Shown here piece by piece: positions 28,701-40,700 of a DNA stretch of 64,000 nucleotides. How positions within the stretch are numbered: position 1 is the stretch's first letter; every line of letters starts with the position of its first letter. A program made the translations under genes and the position numbers. Source of the stretch: Leptogorgia sarmentosa (taxonomy: Eukaryota). Under the pieces are notes generated by a model, which was not told where the DNA came from, ran no database searches, and saw nothing but the letters and a program-made list of their open reading frames with translations. The stretch spans positions 9,052,001 to 9,116,000 of the forward strand of contig OZ210885.1 in the NCBI GenBank assembly GCA_964658305.1, read 5' to 3'.

Positions 28701-31700
28701 GTTTTTACAATTTACACTGCGTTTCACTGCGCTCTACACGACGTTTACAGTTAACCGCTGGTTTGAAGATACGCAGTCGCTGGAATCCTCAAACCAGCTG
28801 TTGCAATTATTGTTTGAAATGAACAATTTGTACTTTTGGCGAAGGTTGAGAGGTGCTACTAAAACAGACGTATCTGGTTTTACCCGGAAATCATTTTACT
28901 ACAGCTACGTTATAAACTGCTGTTCCTGGCATCAAACACAAAAAGAATTTAGTGAACATGGTCCAATCACACGATACGATGCCGTTTGTAAATTTCATAA
29001 ACCAACCCTCTATCATAGCTACATTGTTGTCAAATTGTATGCATTGTACAGGGCATCCATACCAGTGGTACTGTTGGTAAAACTTGGTTACAGATCGCGA
29101 AAGTTACATCCGTGAAGCAAGGGCCATGTATGGCAGTTGGGCTTCGTTCAAAATAATGAAAATATACTTTGTTTTCAAATGTAGTCGATTATGTACAACA
29201 GGTTACAGGTACGAGTTCAGATAAAATGGTTGAAATGTACGAAGGATTAACAACGAGCTCTCTTTCTCTCCAACCCGTTTCCGAAAGTTGAAATGCAAAT
29301 TTTTAATTCTTTTTTTTCACTGAGTATATACCGCACGAATAAAGACAAACACCATTGAAATCCTAGTAAAATGATCTTTCGAACTGTGGGTCGCATGTTA
29401 GTTAAACACAACACAAAAAAAAATAAAGATTGATCGTCGGAAACGTAAGGCATTAGCATCTATCTGAGAAAAACAGAGTCCAATATGTTGAAATCCATGT
29501 CGTTATTTCTCCCTGAAGCAGCATATTCATGAAACCTGTGTTATGTTCGTTGTTACGATAAATTTGTATTATATTTTAGTTTGTTACATTGGGTACCCTG
29601 TGCAGGGGTCAGCGGTTATATATATATATGTATATTCGGAAAAGAACAACCGCCATTTTGTTTTGTATTTTTGTATTGCATGATTCAGTGTAATAAAGCC
29701 TTAAATTACTGGCAATCGTTCATATAATTTCTCTACAATTTATTACACTGAATCAATGGATAGAGTTCTTCGACCTGAACGACTAGATATTGATCCAAAC
29801 GACAATTCAGCCGCAAAAGAATGGTTACACTGGGAACGGACTTTCGCTAACTTCCTATCAGTATTGCCACAAGAAGACCTTAATAAGCTCTCTGTTCTCG
29901 CTAACTTCGTCTCACCTTCAATCTTCCAGTACATTGAGGACTGCCGGGAATATGATGAAGCCATTCAAACACTGCAAGCACTTTTTGTAAAGCCCAGAAA
30001 TGAAATCTTTGCTCGTCATGTCCTCGCCACTCGAAGACAACAACCCACTGAAACACTCGATGAATACCTGCAAGCCCTTAAGACCCTTAGCAAGGATTGC
30101 AATTTCAAGAATGTCACAGCCAACCAGTATTGTGAAGAGAGTATAAGGGATGCATTTATTGCAGGTCTACAGTCGAACTTGATACGACAGAGACTGTTGG
30201 AGCACAAAAACCCTTGATCTCAAGACAATGTTTGATCAGGCCAGGGCCTTGGAATCCGCCATGCGTAGTTCGGAGTCGTACACATTACCTCCACAGCCTA
30301 TTAATGCAGCAGTCCCTCCTAGTTCCCAAGCTTGCTCTCCTAGCCCTACAGAATTGCCTGATTCTGTCGGTACCCTAGCTGCAGTAGCATCTGAAGGCCC
30401 CAGTTGTTTCTTTTGTGGAAACAGCAAACATCCTCGTTCAAAGTGTCCTGCTCGTGAAGCTATTTGTCTAAAGTGCCAAAAGAAAGGTCATTTCGCAAAA
30501 GTGTGTCGTGGAAAGCCAGTGCAACCTAAAGATAAAGTGTCAGCTGCGGCTTGGTCACCAACTCTCGCAACCGTGCCAAGCCCTACCTCACTCTCAAAAT
30601 CATTGGCATCTGTGGACATCAATGGATTAAAAGTAAAAGCTCTTATCGACACCGGAAGTACTGAAAGTTTCATTCACCCAAGTCTCGTAGAGAAGGCAGC
30701 GTTAATAGTTCACCCTTCTTCTAGCACGGTATCCATGGCGACCTCCCTATCATCAGCTAAAATAAGTGGGACCTGCACTGTTGATCTTTCATACCAAGAG
30801 CGACGTTATGAAAACCTACATTTGTCTGTACTACCGGGACTTTGTGCTGATTTGATACTTGGTCTTGATTTCCAGACACGACATGAAAGTGTAGTGTTCA
30901 AGTATGGAGGCTCTGAACCTCCACTGTCAGTATGCAGCTTCAGTACCCTTAACATCGACCCACCCCAACCATTCGCAAACCTGATGCCAGAGTGTCATCC
31001 AATCGCCACCAAGTCCAGAAGATACAGCCAGGACGATTCTGAATTCATTGACAAGGAGGTGACAAGGCTCCTTGCAGAAGGTATCATCGAACCAAGCCAC
31101 TCACCCTGGCGAGCTCAAGTCGTCGTCACCAAGGACGATAATCACAAGAAGAGGTTGGCGATTGACTACTCTCAGACTATAAACCGCTTTACCATCCTTG
31201 ACGCCTTTCCATTGCCAAATATAAGTGAAATGGTTAACAAGATTGCCCAATACAGGGTCTTTAGCACGATCGACCTTCGGAGTGCCTACCATCAAGTACC
31301 TTTAAAGGACGAAGACAAGCCCTACACAGCCTTCGAGGCCCGTGGTAACCTCTACCAGTTTACACGTCTACCTTTTGGTGTCACTAACGGCGTCGCTTGT
31401 TTCCAAAGGGAAATGGTCAAGTTTGTAGAAGAGAATCATCTCAAGGCAGTTTTTCCTTATCTAGACAACATCACCATCTGCGGGAAAGATCAGAAAGACC
31501 ACGACGAAAACCTGAAGGAGTTCCTAGAAGCTGCAAAACTTAAGAACATTTGCTACAATGATGAAAAGAGTGTCTTCTCTACCCGTCGCCTACCCTTACT
31601 TGGATATGTCATCGAGGAAGGTAACATCTGCCCCGATCCCGAGCGGCTACGTCCCCTACGTGACCTTCCCATCCCGCACGATTCCAAGTCACTCAACAGA

Positions 31701-34700
31701 TGCATGGGATTGTTTTCCTATTATTCACAGTGGATTCCTGAATACTCGGACCGCATTAAACCTATCACAAGCTGCAAGTCGTTTCCTCTCTCACAGGAGG
31801 CTATTCAAGCATTCCAAAACCTAAAGAAAATGGTAGAAGAGGCCCTCGTGGGTGCCATCGATGAAAGTGTCCCATTTGAGGTCGAGACAGATGCTTCGGA
31901 GGTAGCACTGGCAGCCACTCTTAATCAAAATGGAAAACCAGTAGCCTTCTTTTCACGAACTCTCCAAGGCAGTGAGCTCAAGCACGCATCTGTAGAGAAA
32001 GAGGCCCAAGCCATAATAGAAGCTGTGAGACATTGGAGACATTTCCTAACTGGAAGGTATTTTACGCTAAAGACCGACCAAAAGTCTGTGGCCTACATGT
32101 TTGACCAACGTCACAAAGGAAAGATAAAGAACGACAAGATTATGAGGTGGCGGCTAGAACTGTCCTGTTACAGCTTCGACATCATCTACCGTCCAGGCAA
32201 AGAAAATATTCCTCCTGATACTCTGTCAAGAGCCACTTGTTCTGCTGCAACGGATGAAGATTCCTTGTACAAGCTACATGTGTCGCTGTGTCACCCCGGT
32301 ATCACCCGGCTTCACCATTTTGTACGAACCAAGAACCTTCCTTATTCTTTAGATGACATCAAACGTGTTATAAGTAGATGTTCCGTGTGTTGCGAATGTA
32401 AGCCTCAATACTACAAGCCGGAGAGGGTTCCACTTATCAAAGCCACGCAGCCTTTTGAGAGAATCAACGTTGACTTCAAGGGGCCTCTACCTAGCTGTAA
32501 TGGCAACCGCTATTTTCTCAATGTTATAGACGAGTATTCAAGATTCCCTTTTGTATTTCCTTGCCCAGACGTCTCGACATCTACTGTTATCAAGTGCCTA
32601 ACTTCGCTTTTCTCCCTTTTTGGAATGCCAGCGTATGTACACTCTGATCGGGGAGCATCATTTATGAGCAGCGAGCTCCAAAGTTTTCTGGCAGAGAAAG
32701 GAGTGGCCACAAGCCGTACCACCAGTTACAACCCTCAAGGTAATGGACAGGTTGAGAAGTACAACGGTGTAGTCTGGAAGGGCATCACAATGTCTCTAAA
32801 GTCCAAGAATTTGCCAATCAAGTATTGGCAGGAAGTTCTTCCAGATGTATTGCATTCTATTCGCTCCTTATTGTGCACTGCAACCAATGAGACCCCTCAC
32901 GAGCGTTTATTTGGTTTCTCCCGAAGATCTTCATCTGGCCACTCCATTCCCACATGGCTTGCTACACCCGGTCCGGTTCTACTCAAGCGACATGTTCGTC
33001 AATCCAAGACTGAGCCCTTAGTAGAGGAAGTAGAACTACTACAAGCGAATCCCCACTACGCCCATGTACGCTACCTTGACGGCAGAGAGACCACAGTTGC
33101 AACGAAGCACCTTGCCCCTAAGGGACACGAAGGATCTCCCCAAGCATCTAAGGAAACAGCCTTACCCTTACCTGAGATCCCACCACCTACTACCACTGAG
33201 ACAGAACCTCAACCGCCCGTGGCAAGTGATGTACCACAACCATTGCGACGTTCAGAGCGGGTGCGCCGCCCAGTAGACAGGCTTAACCTTTAAAGGACGG
33301 TGAGAACTTTACTTTGTTAAGTTTGAACGTTCAGAGCGGGTGTGCCACCTAATAGATAGACTTAACTTTTAAAGGACGGGGAGAATGTTACGATAAATTT
33401 GTATTATATTTTAGTTTGTTACATTGGGTACCCTGTGCAGGGGTCAGCGGTTATATATATATATGTATATTCGGAAAAGAACAACCGCCATTTTGTTTTG
33501 TATTTTTGTATTGCATGATTCAGTGTAATAAAGCCTTAAATTACTGGCAATCGTTCATATAATTTCTCTACATTCGTGTTATTTGCACATATAATAACAT
33601 TTCTACAAGCTTTTTTGCAATTGTCAAAAATTTCCGCACGCGCACGGCATTTACTAAAACAGGATAAATCAGGTTGCGCAATAGTCTGAAACACGTGGAA
33701 AACATGCCTTTGATTACGTAGGGTGCGTATTCGTATGTTTTTCAGTCTTGGATAAACTCACTTCTGGTTTATTCGCGCACACGACATAAAAACACGATAG
33801 GTGTCCCAGGAATTTCGCCCCCCCCCCCCCCCCCACCCAGCCAATTATAGTCATTGGGCGAATTCGACTTAAATTAATATGGTGTTGGAGAGAAACAGTA
33901 CTTTTCGTAAGTAATACATTTTTCTAAAATGTATTAACGATTATGCTGCACGAATCTGACGAAATGCTTCTGAATTTCACATATTCGTTACGAAGCACAA
34001 GTTGAATACATACAGTGAATATTAAACTCACTGTGATGACTGCGTCGCTATTTAGAGTGTACTCCCACTCAAATATGGAACGTATTTAAAATAAGAACTG
34101 AAACAATATGCATCAATCCGCTTCATAAACGTTCTTGTATTAAAATGTGAAGCCAATTTTTTTAATAAATAGCGATGTACACAGTGGCGTAACTACTAGG
34201 GGCCCAACCTGGCCGGGGGCCCTGGGAAGAGGTTTCTTCAGGGCCGTGGGTAATGTGAAATTCAAATATTTTTTATTGAAACTGGAGATGCAAAAAAGTT
34301 CGAAGTTAACAAAATGTTTGATATCATTCAGTAGCTAGCTGAAACAATTTTGTTGCCTTTTAAATTGTGCTTGGATGTTGACAGTATATTAATTGTTGTA
34401 TATAATTACAGTCAAACTTTTACTGTTGTTATTGTTTCTGCTTTATAGGAACTTATTTTAGTGTGCTTCTTCTTAACGTTTTTGCCTTTTGGCTATAATT
34501 GAAGCTGCAGAAGAGATGTTAAATAGCTATAATATGTTCGATAATAAATAGCAGAATTAAAATGCATATCATATGCAGAATTCAGGAGAATATTTCGTAG
34601 AGCTAGCATAGTAAAAATGTGAAGCTAAGAAGTATAATTAAGAGGCCATCCACAACAGTTCAACCGAGGGCCGACACTGGAGATTTACGCCGCTGAATTT

Positions 34701-37700
34701 GCAACGTAAAACAAACATTTTGTGAACGTACTTTCAAGTATTTTTATTTGAAGAAAAAATAATTATTTTCATTTAATAACAGTATTCCAATATTCAATTT
34801 GGTACCGGCGGGGTAACATATTTCCGAAAGTATGATTATTTGCGGAGTTATTTGACAAACACAATATGAAAAGGATTTAATTTTTTCTCCAATGGCATCG
34901 TTGCTGGCGTTCCTTCAGAACCGTTAAATCCGTACACGTCAGCAAAATCTTATTTCTTATCGAAACTCGCGCACTTTAATACTAACTTTTAAGCAGAGCG
35001 GAAGTCGAGAAAACGTTTATGCAAATTTTCGTTTACCTATTCTGAACAACATTTTGATATCCTTGTTTGATTTGTGTTTAAGATGCTTACCATGGTATGT
35101 TCCAATAAACACTCGCTGATCATCTGCACTGAAATCCAGAGCATTAACTGTACTCCCCCCTTGGAACACAAAAAGCTGTTCATAATTATCCATTCTCCAA
35201 AGGATTGCACTCCGGTCCGACGACCCTGACGCTAGTATTGTTCCACTTTGTGACACAGCCAAACAGGTAACTGCCACAGAATGTCCCTGTAGTTGTTGAA
35301 CTTCTCTACCTGTTTATAAAATAAGATAGCACATAGATAAAAGGGTGTAATAGGTAATTTTCACTCACATCGTTACTACATTGGGAGTATTGTTCAAAAC
35401 ATTGCGGCGATAAAATAAACTAGGGATCCAAGGATAGTGCAAAGTTTCGAAGGCCTAGGTCGATATAGGCAGTCAACTACGGAGTTTCGCATGTCAGGAG
35501 AATTTGGGACGCTTCCCCCGGAGTTTACACTATGAATGACTGAATGACTACATGACTACATGACTGATGTGAATTTTCGCCACTCATCACAATACTGCAA
35601 AGTTTCTTTGAAACTTTGCACTAATTATTGAGACAAGTAACTACATTAACTAACCCATCAGCTACACTCTGTTTACACCGCTAACTTCCATTTTTACTAT
35701 TACGTCCGTATACCAACTTAAACAGCAATGTAAGCGATAGACAAACACCGAAACGATCTTCAATACTAAAAACAAAATAACTGTAATTTTGCGGAATTTG
35801 CTGTAGCGTGTTTTACAGGCGTGTGTTTTCATTCGTTACTTCTTGGGATTTCATAAAAGTATGCCCTCATCTTTGTTGTGCAAGTCCATAGATATAGGTA
35901 TCGAGCCAACTTGAACGCTTGGGTAAGACTCGCTACCGGTCCCTGTTGCCTCGATAACTAAAGTGGTAGAGTAACGGTCAATGCCGAACAGTTTACTGAA
36001 ACTTATAATATATTTACTAGTGTTTAAAATTTAGTGGCTGATGTTGGTGGTAGAACAGAAAGTAGATAATTGGAAAGCATGCATGAGGCGATAAACCGGA
36101 AATGTTCCATACAGCGAATACCAATGATTGCACAGGAATTTTGTCCTACTTGTATTTGTAATTACTGAACTTTCACATTTAAAATTGGCATATATCCATT
36201 AATTTTAAGCACACGATTTCTTAATAATTGTATGTTTTATTGTTTAGAAGAAATATGTCACTCTGTCCGAATTAGTTTTTATAGTTTGGTTAATATAATG
36301 TTGCTGACAAAAAGCATTTCCCTTGTGCGGTATTCAGGATTTTTCTCTTTTTACGCAGTAAACATTGATTTGTCCAAGCAATGACTGAATTAATTTTGAT
36401 CCCAGCATAAATCTGGATGAACATGTCTCTCCTAGTATCTAAACCAAATTTCAAATATCATCATATGACGACGACTACCGTACATGATTGGCTAATTTTC
36501 GAATGAATTATCAATTACTTTGAGTGTAAACATTTGTTCCTCACCCATATTAACTGCATATAAACAATATTCTCATTTCAATGAATAATCAAGATTATAG
36601 CTTTTGTTTAGCTAAAAAGGCATGACTTGTATGAATATGTTTTAAATAGAGTCATAATATATACGCTATAATTCAATTTTTCTGCTTCCAAAACTAAAAC
36701 TTTTCCCAAAAAACCGGGGCAGTGGCCTACAGGTCTAAAAAATTTGCAAAACTGGAACACGGATAATTTTCGCTCGAAATTTGGTTTTCTCAAGAAATTT
36801 TTACTTAGCTTTGCTTATATTTTGTTGCTGTTGTTGTACATATTCAAGATTAAACCCGCGAACATAGTTTCGATAAGGAGAACTAGGATTCTGCAAGGAA
36901 AAATCTGCAGTACATTTGAGTTGCCCACTCAACAACTCAAATTTCCCTAAGTAGCGTTGAATAAAACATTCTGCTATAATGTGCTATAGCCAGAACTGAG
37001 ACCAACCGATATATACCATATATCAAGCCACATTACCTAGAGTGATGCGAAGCATAATGGGACGAGCCTGAGGCCATTGGGTTCCAGTGAGCTCCCTGAA
37101 ATTATAGCGCCGTAAATTTCTGATGTAATCAAGATAGGTCTACTGCACCAAGTCAAACATGTACTTTATTAAAACCTTTCTATCTATTTAGTTCATTATC
37201 AGCGCTAAAAACAAGAATTAAAGCTGAAGGCTCGCAAAAAGTTATTTGAAAAGAATCATTTGCACAGCAAAGTTTTGTTAATTAAAATGTTACTGCAACG
37301 ATTTTTTCGACCTCATTTTTTTGCGTTAAATAAATACTCAGGTCGAAAGACGAAATTTGGTGTATAGATGACTTTTGTACGTTGACAGGAAGTAGCTAAA
37401 TTTCGCCTCCGAACTTCGATATCGGATGCGAACAGAACAGCCGCCATCTTGTCACCTTGTGACGTCACAAGTGTAACACGTTTAGCGAAACTACTAGTAA
37501 ATTCTGTTACGTTAGAGCTATACTCTGTGTTTCTCGTGCTTTTTTGGCCGGAAAAAAAATCTTTTGAAACAAAACTTGAACATAGGCATTTTAAGACAAT
37601 ATATTTTGCTCATGTCGAGTAACGAGTCTGGCGTAGACCCGCAATCGTGTGAAAGTTCCAGTGAAACTGACCCAGAGTCGGATGGCTCAGTTAACTCGGA

Positions 37701-40700
37701 TTAGTCGGGTGGCTCGTTAGTTCATGTCACATCACACTGCTTTGCGTACGACGTCGAACCTATATATAGCAGAACCTGGGGAAACGAGTTGTGTTCCAGA
37801 AGATCCAGATGGATTGTTGCCAGCAACTATTGAACAAAGAAGCGACGGTAGAATAACTCTGGAACAGTGATAAGAAGATTCAAGACTGTGAAGCCTAATT
37901 AAAATAGCCGACGTATACTAAATTTAAATTTATATTTCATTGCTTTTATTTAATATTCATCTGTAATGATATATTGTTAATTTTGATATCAATATCAATA
38001 TATTGATAACAGTATAATTACTGTTTCCACATTACCGTTTCCACATTCTCATTTTCAATTATTAGATTTGTAAATACTTAAGCTGTGGCAGAATAAATTC
38101 ATTCGATTTGATATGGAAAATTCATAAGAAGTTCATTTACCTTGTCTGTATGCTTAGTATTACAGTAGTTAGGGTTATGAAATTTCATCTACGTTTGCTT
38201 ATACGGTATAAACGTTCAGGTAAATCGTTGCGTTGAAGGTATTTTATTTTGTTTTTCAAACCAGCGCAGGACATGCACGAACTACGAGTTGTAGAAGTTG
38301 TTGTTGTCACATCGGGCATGTCGTCACTGGGCAAGTCAAAGGGTGTATCATCACCAATATTGTGACTTGTCATTGCTATCTCTTCAACTTTCGCTGGAGA
38401 AGACACCAACTTCACTGGCGACAATCTTTTACTCCTGCGAATTACCTTAAAATAAACGAATAATTTAAATATAAAGTGCTTCGCATACTATAAAATTTAC
38501 CATGTGCATGGGCGAAGAATGCGCCTTTGCACGCATGATATAATACTCGTGTTATTTACCTGTAATCGTTTTCGCTCTGTGATCTGCTGTTCGGCAGGTG
38601 GTATAATTACAGCTACATCAATCGTAGGAACAGCATCTTCTTTCAATCTCCTTTTAATATTTAGCGATTTTGCTAATTCTAGATTCATATCATAGCTACG
38701 GATATTCGAAGTGGGCTCAAAAATACCAAGAGGTCGCCGTTGCGTGAAAACCCTGTCTATGTTTACAGACAAATTTCACGCACTTATTCCATCTCTGAGC
38801 ATCTGTTTCTTCTTTAGGGAATAGATGCATAGATATTCCTTCGGTTTTGCTATCATTGGCGCAGCTAACTAAGTTAGGACCGCCAGCAACGCAGAGTTTT
38901 CCTCCGCGAGTAGCTTTACGTCTATTCGGAAATATACGCCATGTTGACAATGTGTTACACTTGTGACATCACACGGCATTAAGATGGTGGTCGAAAAGTT
39001 CGCACGGAAGTAGCCAAAAATCGCAACTTTAAAAGGCCACAAAATCCGTTTGAAAAGAGCAATTTTATTGCGGTGAACATATTCGGAGAGTACAAGTACT
39101 TTCAAGGGCGTCAATCCTGGGGGGGGGATGGGGGGACGCGTCCCCCCCCTTTTTGAAGTGGGGGGGACGAATATCTAATTATCCCCCCCACTTTTTATCA
39201 TGTTTAAAAAAAATTGTTTTTTGGCAATCTTAAAACGCCATGCCTGTATGCTATACATCGTGAATTGTGAAGTACAATCAACAATCTGAGATCAGAAGAA
39301 AACTGAATGACGGAATTATGTTAGTAAAACTCGTCCCCAGAACGCTGAAAATGGTATTTGTGCATGAGGTTTCAAATTTCAAAATTTTTCGGGGAAGCAT
39401 GCCCCCAGACCCTTCTAGAGCGTACCAAGAAAGTGGAGTTAGGACTCTGAAATCGCAGTTTTCGGCAATCCAGAGGTTGTAAAAGTTCAAAAATTTCTCG
39501 CTCGGCGCAAACCATGGTGGCGCCTCGTGACATTCGCTACCCTCAAACTCGGGTAAAGATCTTCCTGCCCCCCCCCCCTGAAAAAATATAGCCCGTACGC
39601 TTATGGTCCCCCCCACTTTTTTGAACGGATTGACGCCCTTGAGTACTTTAAAATATGCCAATAAAAAGGGGTCAAAAATTCGTTGCAGTAACACTGCAAC
39701 TGAAGCGACTCAGTCGTAGTGAGAAGTTATTGATTAACATACATCGTTTGGGCACTTATAATAATGTAGAATAAACAAAAAAATGTTAAGATTTAAATTT
39801 GGAAAATCGAGGGAAACTCATTTTGAGTTGAGAAAACGGAAACTTTGTCGAGTTGTGTATTGCTTTTGAAAGTTTCAAGAACACTGGCTGAGTTTAAACC
39901 CTCAAAAACGTCGCACAAACTTACGTTTTTTAGAATGATTAGCTGTTCGCATGCTTAATTTAGGCTTGCATACCTGTCTCCTGGTCTAAGACGCTGATTG
40001 AACCATTCCTTAAACCACAAATGGCCAGAGTACAGCCTGCAGCATTGGTCGTGGCTAATGAGGATATGGCCGTATCAAACATCTTTCGCGATATCTCAGA
40101 GCCTCCGAGATCCAGACACGAAGATTCCGGCAAAAGATAGCAGGTCTTCGTGCATGTTTCACGGAGTTGCTCTGATATCTTCTGTATCCACGGATACTCT
40201 TGATACGATAGCAGCCTGCCTGAAAAATAAATATACACAACAGTCTTATGATATATCCTCGCAAAATCATAAAATTAGGCCTACATATTATCGTTCTTGC
40301 CTTTGCAACTTATTTTTAACATCGATAATAACTTTTTGATAGAAAAAAGGAAAACTGATAAAACTAGTTATAATTTACATTATATAATAAAATTACGATA
40401 CTATTTTTTTAAAGAGTTTCGATTGGTTAAGAGCTGTGAATGAAATGGTTACATCCGTTCGCCAAAAAACGTATATGACATGTGGACGTAATTTTCTCGT
40501 ATATTGAAAACTCACATACGACATTATTTTCAAAAATCTCGTCTATAATGGGAAATGTCTATTATATTATTGAATTCGGCTCTCGTAGGACATGCAGAAT
40601 TATCAGCTCTTTGCGTCTGCAGATAACACAAATCTCTGCTTCAATAATTGAACATTAATAGTAGACGAATTTTCAAAACCTTTCATTTGTAAACGTCGTC

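Larger units (their letters stand above)
29551..33572 (+). mobile_element. Full-length Ty3/Gypsy LTR retrotransposon, antisense in host intron 8
   Basis: 187-bp TG...CA LTRs at 29551-29737 and 33386-33572 that read identical; 5-bp TSD TTCGT; PPT aaaggacggggagaa at 33371-33385; domain order gag-PR-RT-RH-IN. Confidence 0.97.

Noticed and set aside
30200..30230. Programmed ribosomal frameshift between Gypsy ORF1 and ORF2
   Set aside because: The break lies inside gag, upstream of the Zn knuckles, and is repaired by deleting one A from a 5-A run; mutation or sequencing error is more likely.
35947..35980. tRNA-like 5' end (gcctcgataactaaagtggtagag)
   Set aside because: No anticodon or T arm follows; at best a decayed SINE head.
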